Part shown: one piece after another, positions 1 to 10,678 of the stretch
Layout of the letters: each line of letters begins with the position of its first letter
Numbering within the stretch: position 1 is the first letter of the stretch
From: Deltaproteobacteria bacterium
GTDB taxonomy: Bacteria > Desulfobacterota > Syntrophobacteria > BM002
Direction of reading: 5' to 3'
NCBI GenBank assembly: GCA_037384945.1
Contig: JARRNM010000019.1
Span: forward strand, 1 to 55,762
Length of the DNA stretch: 55,762 nucleotides
Program-made: the position numbers and the translations under genes
The notes under the pieces: generated by a model
The model's database searches: none
What the model was told of the DNA's origin: nothing
What the model saw: the letters and a program-made list of their open reading frames with translations, nothing else

Positions 1-211
1 CCGGCCACTTACCCTCCTCCTTCAGCTTCTCGTGGAGCTCCCGGATTCTTAGGTAGTGTTCGTTCTCATCTTTGGCGATGGATTGAAACATCAACTTACC
101 GAAAGAGTTGCTGGTTCTCTCTGCATGCTTCAGATAGAAATCTCTCTCCCTCGACTCGTTGTTAAGGGCTACCTCCAAGGCTTTTATCCGCTTTTCTGTC
201 GAACTACTCAT
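1..211 (-). CDS. Rubrerythrin/ferritin-like family protein, N-terminal part (runs off the window edge)
   Basis: Not in the ORF track. Manual translation from ATG 211 (RBS AAGGAG): MSSSTEKRIKALEVALNNESRERDFYLKHAERTSNSFGKLMFQSIAKDENEHYLRI. This has the E-x6-Y and E-x2-H diiron pattern. Confidence 0.8.
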   Translation of the reverse strand, partial: MSSSTEKRIKALEVALNNESRERDFYLKHAERTSNSFGKLMFQSIAKDENEHYLRIRELHEKLKEEGKWP

Positions 212-423
212 CTCTTCTCCTTTCAAGAGAAATTTCTTAAACCCGGGTGCATTCCTGTCTCCTCCCTGGTAGTTGGGACGACTTAATAGGTGAGTGACCT
301 GCAAGCCACGATTTGTTGTTGCCTCGAGGAAGATCAGTCGGCGTCTTGCTTCACGCAATGCTTCGCAAAGCCTTACAAGCAGCGTCACCACTCTTAGGAT
401 CAATCTTCACTTATCTTCGGCGC

Positions 424-852
424 TTAGTTGGATTTGGGAAATCTGAGAGTAACTGTCTCACCATGCTCGTCCCGCTCAACCTTGATACCGATTTCAAGAT
501 TGTCATTGCGAACGCCGAGAGCGAGAGGACCCTTGCCTTCATCCCCTTCAAAATGAGTTATTCTGCGTATGGCCTCAACGATGTTCCGGCCAATCTCTTT
601 ACCCGGCGACGGAAGTTCTGCCACCCGATATTTCGCCTGCACAGTTGTCGTACCATCGGGTGCCGTTCTGAGTGAGATCTTTTTGGCATTGAAGTTGATG
701 CCGTGCAGAACCGCCAAGGCCATCCATTTCAAGGCAGCCTGATCTTTGTCTGTGTCCCCGGTAATCTCGGACATCTCTTTGAGTGGATCTGTATTGGCAA
801 AACAGTCAATATGTTCTTGTACCTCGAGGTGCAAATTACGCTTATCTTTCAT
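424..852 (-). CDS. Hypothetical protein
   Basis: Globular-looking ORF. ATG 852 is preceded by GGAGAGGAG. No recognised motif. Confidence 0.7.
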   Translation of the reverse strand: MKDKRNLHLEVQEHIDCFANTDPLKEMSEITGDTDKDQAALKWMALAVLHGINFNAKKISLRTAPDGTTTVQAKYRVAELPSPGKEIGRNIVEAIRRITHFEGDEGKGPLALGVRNDNLEIGIKVERDEHGETVTLRFPKSN

Positions 853-1014
853 TGCTTCTCCTCCTCTCCACATGGGTGAAAGCTGTCACTTGTTTGAAAT
901 TCAAAAATCAATCTAAAGATAAGCACAAATTTGCACCAGGCAAGAATATTCAGCTTAAATCTTATGAGAACCTTAGAAAGAGTCGAAAGTCAAAGATCCG
1001 TAATTAAAGTCCCC

Positions 1015-1482
1015 TTAGTTCCCTTGAGGATGGTGCTTCCACGCCAGCCAAATTGATCGACTGGACATGAGTAAGCCTGTACCTACAGCCGCGTATATCA
1101 GGCCGAGGAGAGAATAGGGTATACCTGCACCACGGAGTATTCGACCCATTGCCATCATTAAAACTACCAGGGCCCAGGCTCGTAAAGAATAAAAACTCGC
1201 CAGACATCGACCCTCACCCCTGAACTCGATACGCTTTACAATCTTTTTAGCCACCCGATCTAAAATCAGAATAGACTTGCCAACCCCTAGACTCAGAGAA
1301 ATTGCCAGCAAGCTTATAAGGTGACTGGATCTGCTCGCCAACCAGTAAGTGCCTACGCAAATCAAGCCTGTGCCCACGATGCTCCAGGTACCCCCTGCCA
1401 GCAAGAGTTGCAGTCGGCTTGAGGCGACTGGTTTATATGATTCAAACCAAGATGACCTCGAGTTCCATCTCGTAGCTTTCAT
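1015..1482 (-). CDS. Hypothetical membrane protein (about 4 TM)
   Basis: Four hydrophobic segments; RBS GAAGG upstream. Confidence 0.75.
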   Translation of the reverse strand: MKATRWNSRSSWFESYKPVASSRLQLLLAGGTWSIVGTGLICVGTYWLASRSSHLISLLAISLSLGVGKSILILDRVAKKIVKRIEFRGEGRCLASFYSLRAWALVVLMMAMGRILRGAGIPYSLLGLIYAAVGTGLLMSSRSIWLAWKHHPQGN

Positions 1483-1624
1483 TCTACCTTCTGTTCAGGA
1501 GATAAACAGGATTATTCCCTTACACCCTTTCAAATCCGAATGTTCAAAATCCGAAATTCCAAACAACTGAGTCCAAAATTTTATAGTATATCTACCAATC
1601 TGGTGCCTAAGGCTCCGATTCTTC

Positions 1625-2578
1625 TCAGGCGTGGTTTCTGAGCTTAAGCTCCATGGGATGAGGGTTCAAATACAGCTGCTGCTTCAAATAGGGCTGGTCG
1701 TACTTGCGAACATAGTGCTTGATCAGCGTAATAGGCACGATCAGGGGGACGTATTCATTTCGATATTGATCTATGGTTTCTAAAAGTTCTCGTTTTTCGT
1801 CAGCTGAAAGCTGCTTTTTGAAATAGCCCATCATGTGTTGCAGCACATTGATGTTCTTCTTGATAGTCGTCTTGAGTCGGAGCGCCTCCGTAATAATAAG
1901 CTGATATTTGGAATAGAGGTGTTCAGCAGGAATGTTTTTGGCTTCTGCCACCAGTTTACCCAAAATGCTTGAGTGTTTCTGGCTGTGAGACATGATGAGC
2001 AGCTTGTGCTCCGTGTGGAAGCCGACCAGCTTTCCCCTGCTCTGGTGCTGATTTAGGAGTTCCCGCCATCTTTTGAGAACAAAAATACGTTCGATGAAAT
2101 TCTCCCGTAGCCTGATGTCATGTAGACGCCCATCCTCTTCAACTGGAATGAGTGGGAAATGATCCATAAAGGCCCGAGCAAACAGGCCAATCCCTGTTTT
2201 TTGAGCCATTCCATGTTCTTTATAGACCTTAACCCTCTCCATTCCCGAACTTGGAGAGTTACTCTTGAAAATAAAGCCGCAAAGGTTTTCCTTTGCCAAC
2301 TCCCTCACACGTTTTCTTGCCCAGTTCACCATTCTTTCGGTGTGATCAATCTTTGTGCGGGTGGTTACCAGCCTGGGTGACTCTGGGTCTCCCGCCAGAT
2401 GCATGGATTCGCGAGGCACCGGCAACCCACACTCCACTTCGGGACAGACCGGAACAAACTCGACGAAACGTCCAAGTGTGTCGGTGATGAAGCGATCACG
2501 TTTATGCCCGCCATCATAACGAACATTCTCGCCGAGTAGGCAGGTGCTTATGCCTAGGCGGATTTTCTCTTGTTCCAC
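1625..2578 (-). CDS. DUF523 (2-thiouracil desulfurase-like) / DUF1722 (YbgA) fusion protein
   Basis: SxCLLGENVRYDGG, CPEVECG and KSNSPSSG motifs, followed by a YbgA-like C-terminus (HMMGYFK ... YLNPHP). Confidence 0.9.
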   Translation of the reverse strand: MEQEKIRLGISTCLLGENVRYDGGHKRDRFITDTLGRFVEFVPVCPEVECGLPVPRESMHLAGDPESPRLVTTRTKIDHTERMVNWARKRVRELAKENLCGFIFKSNSPSSGMERVKVYKEHGMAQKTGIGLFARAFMDHFPLIPVEEDGRLHDIRLRENFIERIFVLKRWRELLNQHQSRGKLVGFHTEHKLLIMSHSQKHSSILGKLVAEAKNIPAEHLYSKYQLIITEALRLKTTIKKNINVLQHMMGYFKKQLSADEKRELLETIDQYRNEYVPLIVPITLIKHYVRKYDQPYLKQQLYLNPHPMELKLRNHA

Positions 2579-2606
2579 AGGTAAACCTCAAGGGTCGTGA
2601 ACGCCA

Positions 2607-2795
2607 TTGAAGTCGTTGAAATCGTAGAAGACGTAGAAACCGTAAAAACCACTGAAACCGTTCAAACCGTTGAAATGGTTCAAACTCTCAAGTCGTAGAA
2701 GTCGTCACGGGAGACACGGGGACAGATCTTCCGAATAACAAATAACCAATAACGGATAACTAAACTGCCTGTTGCCAGCTGTTCGCTGCTTGCTC
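2607..2795. repeat. Intergenic mosaic of degenerate 9-bp (GAAACCGTT-like) and 7-bp (AATAACN, GCTGTTC) tandem repeats
   Basis: gaagtcgtt gaaatcgta gaagacgta gaaaccgta ... then aataac-type repeats. Confidence 0.75.
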
Positions 2796-2839
2796 TATTT
2801 CCCTGGGCCCCCTACCTCGTGCGCAGGCCCTTCTTCACT

Positions 2840-4783
2840 CTACCCGCTCTGCGATAGCTCCTCTTTCACAGCATTGAGGGTCCCCCCCGCCAGTAGAGCC
2901 TGACGCTGACGCTGGGACACATCCAGAAAAGTGACGATCTGCTGGCCGTTAACTTCAATGGGTATTTCAGTATCCCCGTTTTCAATACGTTTTCTTATCT
3001 CGCGGAAGACCGCCTTGGTTCCTTTAGTTAATCTCTGGTAGTCTTCCGGGTTCTTAAAAGTGAGAGGTAGGATACCGAAGTTGCATAAATTTGCCTTGTG
3101 TATCCTGGCAAAACTCTTGGTAACTTTGGCTCTCACCCCCAGATATCGAGGAGCTAGTGCTGCGTGCTCCCGGCTGGACCCCTGTCCGTAGTTCTCGCCA
3201 CCAATAATCATCACAGCCCCGATCTCCTTGGCTTCACTATGAAAATTTGGGGCAATCTGGTAGTAGACGAATTCGCTTATGGCCTCGATATTGGAGCGGA
3301 GAGGCAAGACCATATTGCCTGCGGGCATGATTGTATCAGTGGAAATGTTATCCTCCACCTTGAGTAATATTTCCGCTTGCAACATCTCAGGAAGGGGTGT
3401 CATTTCAGGAAAAGGTTTGATGTTGGGACCACGGACAACCTCGGTTCTGTATCCCTCCTCTGAAGGAAAAATAATCGAGGATTCGTCAACAACGTATTTT
3501 TCAGGATCTTTAATCCTCGGATATTCCATCTCTTTACCAAGATCACGGGGATCGGTGATGACCCCTTTCAAGGCCGCTGCCGCAGCAGTTTCGGGAGAGC
3601 AAAGATAGACCTGGTCGTCCTTCGTTCCCGACCGTCCGGGGAAATTTCTGGGAAAGGTGCGGAGACTTACTTGCCCGGTACCCGGCGCCTGCCCCATGCC
3701 GATGCATCCCAGACATCCAGACTGATGGATACGGGCACCTGCCATGAGCAAATTCATAACCCCGCCCTGAGCGGCCACATTCTCCAGAACCTGCCTGCTT
3801 CCCGGGTTTATGTGAAAGGAAGTGTCCGAATGGGCAATCCTCTCTTCAACAATTTTGGCTACCACCATTAGGTCTCTGAAGGAGGAGTTTACGCTGCTGC
3901 CGACAATGGTTTGATGCACCTTGATTCCAGCCACTTCGCGGACGGGGACTACATTGCCAGGAGATGAAGGACAGGCAATCAGCGGTTCCAAAGTAGTAAG
4001 GTCGATTTCCTCGTACTCATCATACTCTGCCCCTTCATCGGCAGTCAGGTCAATCCAGGCTTTACCCCGTCCCTGCGCCTCCAGATAGGCACGGGTGTTC
4101 TCGTCCGACGGGAAAACAGTGGTGGTGGCACCAAGCTCGGTGCCCATGTTGCCTATGGTCTCCCTGTCTGTGGCCGAGAGGCTCTTTACCCCCGGCCCAT
4201 AGTATTCAATGATCTTCCCCACACAACCCTTGACGTCATACCGCCTCAGCATCTCGAGGATCACGTCTTTGGCGCTAACCCAGTCCGGAAGTTCGCCGGT
4301 GAGTTTTACCCCCAGTATTTTGGGGCAGGGGAAATAATAAGGCCGACCTGCCATAGCCAATGCCACATCGAGTCCACCGGCACCCATCGCTAGCATTGAC
4401 ACGCCTGCAGCCCCTGGTGTGTGACTATCCGCCCCCAGCATGGTTTTGCCGGGAACTCCGAAGCGTTCCATGTGAACTTGGTGAGAAATTCCATTACCGG
4501 GACGGCTGAAATGAATTCCGTACCGAGCACAAGCGGTTTGCAGATAAATGTGGTCATCAGCGTTCTTGTTGTCAGTTTGCAGGAGGTTGTGGTCCACATA
4601 CTGGGCTGAAAGCTCGGCCCTAATCCGGTCCAGACCCAGAGCCTCGAATTCCAGCATACCCATAGTTCCTGTGGCATCCTGCAATAGCGTGTGGTCGATA
4701 GTTATTCCTATCTCCTCACCAGGAACGAGACGCCCTTCTACCAAGTGTGCTTCCAGAATTTTCTGTGCAAGGTTCTTTGCCAT
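2840..4783 (-). CDS. Aconitate hydratase (single chain, about 650 aa)
   Basis: QDATG, DHN, GADSHT, CLGCIGMG and NYGQGSSREHAALAP motifs. ATG 4783 has an RBS; an alternative GTG lies at 4792. Confidence 0.93.
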   Translation of the reverse strand: MAKNLAQKILEAHLVEGRLVPGEEIGITIDHTLLQDATGTMGMLEFEALGLDRIRAELSAQYVDHNLLQTDNKNADDHIYLQTACARYGIHFSRPGNGISHQVHMERFGVPGKTMLGADSHTPGAAGVSMLAMGAGGLDVALAMAGRPYYFPCPKILGVKLTGELPDWVSAKDVILEMLRRYDVKGCVGKIIEYYGPGVKSLSATDRETIGNMGTELGATTTVFPSDENTRAYLEAQGRGKAWIDLTADEGAEYDEYEEIDLTTLEPLIACPSSPGNVVPVREVAGIKVHQTIVGSSVNSSFRDLMVVAKIVEERIAHSDTSFHINPGSRQVLENVAAQGGVMNLLMAGARIHQSGCLGCIGMGQAPGTGQVSLRTFPRNFPGRSGTKDDQVYLCSPETAAAAALKGVITDPRDLGKEMEYPRIKDPEKYVVDESSIIFPSEEGYRTEVVRGPNIKPFPEMTPLPEMLQAEILLKVEDNISTDTIMPAGNMVLPLRSNIEAISEFVYYQIAPNFHSEAKEIGAVMIIGGENYGQGSSREHAALAPRYLGVRAKVTKSFARIHKANLCNFGILPLTFKNPEDYQRLTKGTKAVFREIRKRIENGDTEIPIEVNGQQIVTFLDVSQRQRQALLAGGTLNAVKEELSQSG

Positions 4784-4898
4784 CTCTGCCACCCCTTTCT
4801 TCAGACATTGAATGAGGAAGATTTATAAATATACCAAAAAAGATAACTCTCGACCAATTTATCCCAAGCAAAGCTTACTTCTAAAAGAATCCTAATAT

Positions 4899-5048
4899 TT
4901 AGTGTCCATCCGGAAACTCAGCATTGTCATTCTGAGCGCAGCGAAGAATCTCCCGCAACCCCAATAGCCACGAGATTCTTCGTCGTCCCGCTGTTAGCGG
5001 GACTCCTCAGAATGACAACCGAAAACAGAGCTTCCGAATGGATACTAA
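4899..5048. mobile_element. MITE/REP-like family A, copy 1 (minimal, about 150 bp)
   Basis: TIR TAGTGTCCATCCGGAA...TTCCGAATGGATACTA around an inner GTCATTCTGAG...CTCAGAATGAC palindrome. Three further copies in the window. Confidence 0.85.
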
Positions 5049-5130
5049 TTGATGCATGTTATGTGGGAACAACCTTCCATCCCGACCGTATCCCTTATGG
5101 GCCGATTTGCCCTTGATTGGTAGAGACTAC

Positions 5131-5976
5131 TTAAGCGAAAAACCGATAGTAAAAAGAAGAAGATACCGCCCAAGCCAGGACGGCCACCGTGAAAACAACA
5201 CAGATAGCCCCCAGGCTCTTATGAATTAAATTCTCTCTTTTTCTCTCCTCATAACTCAATAGGTATCCGATTATAATACCGGCCACAAGTCCACCGCCGT
5301 GACCCCAGTTATTAATACCAGGGACCAGAAAGCCAAAAAGGAAAATCGCCAGTACCCATCCACCGATGTGTTTGAAAACCGCCTGTCCGTAGCTACCGCC
5401 CCTGCTTTTACCATAGTAAAGGCTGGCACCTATGAGACCACAAATTGCCGCAGAAGCCCCCAAGGTTAGCCGCACCCCAGCGAAATATGACACGAGGAAA
5501 CCAATGATCCCACCCAGAGTGTAAATGATTGTAAATCTGCCAACATTGTATTCCTGGAGAGTCAACGGACCGATCTGATACAAAGCAATCATGTTGAAAA
5601 GAATATGGAGAAGATTGGCGTGGAGATAGTTGGCCGAGATAAGGGTCCACCAGCGGTGCATCTGGTCAATGGGAATTGTTCCCGTAGATCCCAGCAATAT
5701 AAGCGCATTGTTTGAGGGTGATAGGAAGGTTAATGGATTGGCGGACAAACCCATTCTCGTCGGATTCATTAAAATTGAGATTAAGAACATCCCCACATTA
5801 GCATAAATAATGGTCTTGATAATTCGGTCGCCGCTGAAAAGACCCTTGCTTAGCGGTAAGGACTTCCACCAAACACCAGGACGGGACACACCACAATAGG
5901 GACAAACCTTCTCATCAGCACTGATCAGCTTGCTGCAATTGGGGCAAAGAAATGATTTTCTAGGATTTTTCGTCAT
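5131..5976 (-). CDS. Rhomboid family intramembrane serine protease with N-terminal zinc ribbon
   Basis: CPNC...CPYC, WW...HxxxxHILFNM, GASAA (catalytic Ser) and GHGGG (catalytic His). Confidence 0.92.
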   Translation of the reverse strand: MTKNPRKSFLCPNCSKLISADEKVCPYCGVSRPGVWWKSLPLSKGLFSGDRIIKTIIYANVGMFLISILMNPTRMGLSANPLTFLSPSNNALILLGSTGTIPIDQMHRWWTLISANYLHANLLHILFNMIALYQIGPLTLQEYNVGRFTIIYTLGGIIGFLVSYFAGVRLTLGASAAICGLIGASLYYGKSRGGSYGQAVFKHIGGWVLAIFLFGFLVPGINNWGHGGGLVAGIIIGYLLSYEERKRENLIHKSLGAICVVFTVAVLAWAVSSSFYYRFFA

Positions 5977-6105
5977 CTCAGGGTCTTAGGTATCGGGTTT
6001 CCCCGCTGCCGCTTCGCTGCAGACGGGATCTTCGACAGGTGTCAGATCTCACAAAAGAAAATAGTAATCATCACCATCAGCTACCACAACTGTTTCATGG
6101 CAATA

Positions 6106-6929
6106 CTAGACAGAAAAATGGGGCATAAATCCGTATTTTTCGTAAATACCCTGTGCCCTGGAAGACTTGATGAACTGCAGAAATTTTGCCCCGTTTTCCG
6201 GATTAGCTGAATTTTTTAACGGGCAAATGTAGTAGTTTATCTTTTCTCTCTGATCCAGATGTTCATCCGGCTCGACCACATCCACAGGCAGGTTCTGCTG
6301 CCGGGCATGCTTAATCTCAGTGGACCACACCGGGCCAACATCCACCTCTCTTTGTATTATCCTGAGGGGAGTTTCCCTATGATGAACGGTGGTCAGGAGC
6401 GTGGTTCCCTCAGCTCTTTTTTCCTTCATTATACGGTGAACCAGAGTCTCACCCCCTGCATCACGGTACATATCCATGATGTGGAAAGCGATGTCTTCGA
6501 ATTCCGGATTAGGTTGGGAAATTCGCACATCTGAGCGGCCAAGGTCCTGGACTGAACTGATCTTGGCCGGATTTCCTTCGGGGACCATTAATACTATTCG
6601 GTTGTGCAGATAGAGGAAATATTTCTCAGCAGAGATGAGTTTTTTTGCTTCTAGCTCCTTCATAGCCGCCTCGGATACAGATGCGTACACATCTGGCCGC
6701 ACATCTATGATTTTGTCGGTGAAAAGCGCCCCCCCTGCGAGGATCTGCTTCAGTTCAAGTCCGGGTGGCAGAGTTTCATAAAAAATTTTTTTTCTTCCAT
6801 TACCATGAACTGGTTGCCGGCCACAAAAAGCACCAGATCCGCAGAATCGGCAAATTTCAGGTTGTGCAGGTCGTCTCCCCTCTCTGCAGGAATGACGGGA
6901 TAGGCTAAGTCTGTCTTGTTTGCGGTCAT
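6106..6929 (-). pseudogene. Molybdate/tungstate-type substrate-binding protein, frameshifted at 6780-6793
   Basis: The 5' part ...LFVAGNQFMVMEE continues in the -1 frame as KIFYETLPPGLELKQ...PDVYAS...GNPAKI...KYGF. The shift falls in an A8T6 run. Confidence 0.75.
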
Positions 6930-6945
6930 TTGTTTCTCTCCCAGG

Positions 6946-7192
6946 AAGTCGTTCAAACCCATTGAAACCGTTGAAGTCGTTGAAACCGTAAAAATCGTAG
7001 AAATCGTCAATTCAGCTTAGAGCTGATAGCTCACTGGCAATTCGTCAATGAGAAAATTAGTTTTCAAATGCACTAATTCCCCAATTTTCTAATTCTCTAA
7101 TTTCCCAATTAACTTGCCGTCGTCTGTCCTCTGACCTTTTTCCCGTCTCGCTCGACCTCACCTCTCGCTCGTCTCGCTTTCCTCTATGCCCT
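6946..7192. repeat. Microsatellite mosaic (9-, 8- and 7-mers); its end overlaps the sixA 3' end
   Basis: 7119-7190 is nearly identical to 36769-36860 (gtcgtctgtcctctg...cgtctcgctcgacctc...ctcgctcgtctcgctttcctctatgccc). Confidence 0.75.
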
Positions 7193-7676
7193 CCGCAATA
7201 AGTTCCAGCTGTGCCGGAGTCAGGTACCAGCGAAGTTTGCCTTCATGGGTGGGAAGTTTGTCCACATCGATCCTGCCTAGGCCACCTCTTTCGAACTGAA
7301 TTGTAGCCTTTGATCCTGAGGTTAGCAGATTCGAACCTATCTCAGCTAAAGATGGCAGATGCCCGGCAATGAAGATAGACTTTTGGTCATTATACTGCTC
7401 TAGGTAAGCAATGGTCTCCTCGGCTGGGGTCATAGCCTTGACCTTTGCCGTCTCCACTATCCTTTCACTGGGAAACCCCACAGCCTCGGCAACTATTTCC
7501 GCAGTCTGTTGGGAACGCTTCTTCGGGCTGGCAATAATTACATCGAATTGAAGCCCCATTCTTTTTATAGCCTCGGCTGCCTTTAAGATCTGTCTTTTCC
7601 CATCTGGGCTGAGAGGCTCTTCAGGGTCCTCGTCCTTCGAAAGATTGGGCCCGTGTTGCATCAGATAAATTTCCAT
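7158..7676 (-). CDS. sixA: Phosphohistidine phosphatase SixA-like
   Basis: IYLMQHG, SPKKRSQQTA and GHLPSL motifs; RBS AAGGAGGT. Confidence 0.85.
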   Translation of the reverse strand: MEIYLMQHGPNLSKDEDPEEPLSPDGKRQILKAAEAIKRMGLQFDVIIASPKKRSQQTAEIVAEAVGFPSERIVETAKVKAMTPAEETIAYLEQYNDQKSIFIAGHLPSLAEIGSNLLTSGSKATIQFERGGLGRIDVDKLPTHEGKLRWYLTPAQLELIAEGIEESETSER

Positions 7677-7706
7677 AGCTGTCACCTCCTTGTCCACCAG
7701 ATTTCA

Positions 7707-8046
7707 CTAGCCCGGATGTTTCATGAATTGCTGTCGCGAGACCGTGAAGATGGTAGTTCCTGCCCGCCATCGCTAGCCTGCTCGCTCAGGCGAGGCAGGC
7801 GGGCCACCGGGAAACCGTCCCGCGGTGTCGCGGGATTGGATCCGAACCGTACCTGAACGGTGCGTCGCAGGGTGCGCTTGTCCTGAGCTTGTCGAAGGAA
7901 CACCCGAGGACGCCCGGCTTCCGGCTCGACTCCGTCCCGTTGGGGACTACGCCCCGGAGGGTAGAACCTACAGCTCGGAGAGAAGGACGGCCATATCCAC
8001 GGTCGCAGTCACGCCAAGGCGTGAATTCATGAAACATCCGGGCTAA
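7707..8046. mobile_element. MITE family B, copy 1 (expanded, about 340 bp)
   Basis: TIR TAGCCCGGATGTTTCATGAATT...AATTCATGAAACATCCGGGCTA; core shared with the copies at 21793 and 44738. Confidence 0.88.
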
Positions 8047-8237
8047 GCATGATATTCAGCCAAAATCCCTGTTCTTGCTAACAAACTGAGTTTTCAACAG
8101 CCTGCCAGTGGTTTTCTCGTCGGTGTCGATTTGCAAGTCGGGCTTTAGCCTGAAAGCTGAATCTGTTATACATATTATACATAATACTATACGATTATCG
8201 GACCGTGGAGTAGACGTGGCCGGGGGTACATGTTGAT

Positions 8238-9350
8238 ATGAAGCTGAACAAGATTTCTGATTTATTGCATCTCTTGTCGAGTAAGCTAGGTGATCTACCA
8301 TTTTCTCTGCTTATGGTTTTGGCGGCCATAGGGTTTGGCCTTCTTGTGCACGGGATAATTACCTTTTTGCTGAAACGCTGGCACCTTCGTAAAGGTCTGA
8401 CTCTGATAGATGCCAAGCTTCCTGTTCATTATTTAAAAAATCCACTGCGCGCCCTAATTCCCGCCTTCTGTCTTGTTCTGGTTTTGCCTCTCCTGAGGAT
8501 TCCCGAGCATATAGATACCTTAACCAAACACCTCCTTGTCCTGTGGATCATTGCCTCTATCGCCTGGCTGTCTATCAAAATCGTCTCCATGATTCGAGAT
8601 CTGGTGCTGAGTCGCTATCATCTTGACGTCAAAGACAATCTTGAGGCCCGCCGCATGTACACTCAGATACGGGTTGTTGAGCGGGTGTTGACCGTGGTGA
8701 TTCTCCTTATTGCCTTCTCCGCAATGTTGATGACCTTTCACAAGGTGCGACAGGTTGGCATCAGCCTTCTCGCCTCTGCTGGGGTTCTTGGCATCATATT
8801 GGGCCTCGCTGCGCAGCGAACCCTGGGAAATCTCATCGCCGGTATTCAAATTGCCATAGCACAACCGATAAGGCTGGATGACGTGGTGATTGTCGAGAAC
8901 GAGTGGGGTTGGATTGAGGAAATCACCCTGACCTATGTGGTGATCAGGATTTGGGATCTCCGCCGGTTGATTGTTCCCATCGCCTATTTCATCGAGAAGC
9001 CATTTCAGAACTGGACCCGGATCTCGGCAAATTTACTGGGGACTGTGTTCATCTACGCAGATTACACCATTCCGGTTCAGGAAATTCGTGAAGAATTTCA
9101 GAGAATCCTGGAGAATACCGACCTCTGGGATAGGAAGGCTTCTGTACTGCAGGTGACCGATGCCAGCAAAGAGGTGATCGAAATGCGCGCTCTCATGAGC
9201 GCGGCGGATTCGCCAACCGCCTGGAACCTGCGGTGCCTCGTTCGTGAGAAACTCATTGAATTCATGCAGCAGCGTTTTCCGGAATCTCTGCCACGGGTGC
9301 GGCTGGAAATGGAAAAAGATCGCAGCATATCAGACACAGTCCCTGCCTAG
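8238..9350 (+). CDS. Small-conductance mechanosensitive channel (MscS family)
   Basis: LASAGVLGIILGLAAQRTLGNLIAG, PIRLDD and G-x-IEEITLTY motifs. Confidence 0.93.
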   Translation: MKLNKISDLLHLLSSKLGDLPFSLLMVLAAIGFGLLVHGIITFLLKRWHLRKGLTLIDAKLPVHYLKNPLRALIPAFCLVLVLPLLRIPEHIDTLTKHLLVLWIIASIAWLSIKIVSMIRDLVLSRYHLDVKDNLEARRMYTQIRVVERVLTVVILLIAFSAMLMTFHKVRQVGISLLASAGVLGIILGLAAQRTLGNLIAGIQIAIAQPIRLDDVVIVENEWGWIEEITLTYVVIRIWDLRRLIVPIAYFIEKPFQNWTRISANLLGTVFIYADYTIPVQEIREEFQRILENTDLWDRKASVLQVTDASKEVIEMRALMSAADSPTAWNLRCLVREKLIEFMQQRFPESLPRVRLEMEKDRSISDTVPA

Positions 9351-9466
9351 AGCGGTCCTATAGGGGCAGGACCCAGGTATTAGGGAGAACCAGAGAATTT
9401 ACCGGCGCTGAATCCGTGCCGGGAACTCATGCTAAGGGAGGAATGAAAATAAATATAATATGCTAG

Positions 9467-10678
9467 CTACTTAGCAATCGTGATGCTGGGCGCTCCAACA
9501 CCGGCAATGCTCTGGACTGTACTCTGGAAGAGCTGGCACAAAAGTTTGAAGACCTCCCTGTCCCACGGTTTATCTTGAACCGCATAGGTATGACCACCGG
9601 CGGATACCTCGATTCCGCTTGGCGGTGTGGGCTGATCGACAAGAATGGTCAGAAGGGGCTGAGGCTCGGGGATACTTTTTTCACCAACCGATGATACTGG
9701 TTCATCGGATTTGGTGTGGTCAAGAATGCCTGCAGCGATAAATTCCAGAATCACATTCAAACTGCGAAGCTTTAGGGCGCCGAACAATGGAAACTCTCCT
9801 CCAGGAAAACCGGGACGGAGGTCCAAGAGAACGAAATTGTTCGGGTTTGCACCTGCAAGCCCATTTAAAGCCTGTTTCTCAACGTTGGTTAAAGTTCTCG
9901 GATCATAATTAGTCACAGTAACCCGGCCTGTTTTGGCTTTAGTCAGTTCATAGAGGTCGTCTTCTCCAATCCGCTCCCAGTGGTACCCTGACTGGATTGC
10001 CTCGGTGAAAAACCCTGATGAAGCAGCATTGTCTGGCAGCCGAGCACGCTGTGACTCCTCAAACTCAAGTCTGCCGACGAACAACTGTCGGTTGAAATTC
10101 AATTGAGACAGACGAGAAGCGATCTTAAGAAACTCCTCGTACTCCCCGGGCCGACTCGGCCAGTTCAGAATGAATCTTTTAAAGGTACCGTTGGCATTTT
10201 GCACCTCAATTCCATCTGCCATGAGTCGCATCACCATGTCCAGGGCTGCGCCCTGGAATACCAGAAAAAGAAATTTGCTTTCATCGAGGGGGGTCAGAAT
10301 GCGAGAGGTAAACTCTTCTCCCTGCATGGGCACGATGCTAAGCGTTGGATTCTCGGCTACTGTGGCGCCCAGATTAAACCCGTAAGAATTAAGGCCGGAA
10401 TTACTGCTATAGAGAGTTCCCAGGATGCCGGCGGTTGTCTGGTAGTCAAATGTTGCTGCAATGTTTGATGTTAGGGTGAAATGCTGCGGTACGTGCTCCC
10501 GGCTGCGGACAATGTTGAGCAACAACATCTCCCTGTTAACACGGCTGATGGCTTCATCATAGCCCATGACAGCTTTTTGAAGTGATACGGGCCCCAGGCA
10601 TCCACTTTGGCATATGACCAAAGGCAGCACTAGGAGTGGCCAGAGTCGAACAGGGAAATGCTTTCCCAAACAAAACAT
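9467..10678 (-). CDS. Hypothetical lipoprotein
   Basis: Signal peptide with lipobox-like QSGC; ATG 10678 follows AGGAAGGA. Confidence 0.75.
   Translation of the reverse strand: MFCLGKHFPVRLWPLLVLPLVICQSGCLGPVSLQKAVMGYDEAISRVNREMLLLNIVRSREHVPQHFTLTSNIAATFDYQTTAGILGTLYSSNSGLNSYGFNLGATVAENPTLSIVPMQGEEFTSRILTPLDESKFLFLVFQGAALDMVMRLMADGIEVQNANGTFKRFILNWPSRPGEYEEFLKIASRLSQLNFNRQLFVGRLEFEESQRARLPDNAASSGFFTEAIQSGYHWERIGEDDLYELTKAKTGRVTVTNYDPRTLTNVEKQALNGLAGANPNNFVLLDLRPGFPGGEFPLFGALKLRSLNVILEFIAAGILDHTKSDEPVSSVGEKSIPEPQPLLTILVDQPTPPSGIEVSAGGHTYAVQDKPWDREVFKLLCQLFQSTVQSIAGVGAPSITIAK

Noticed and set aside
7653-8046. Short ORFs here and at 12251-12560, 14199-14594, 21809-22177, 42976-43186, 44738-44959 and 52565-52970
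   Set aside because: They are translations of MITE sequence; the same peptides recur at each copy.
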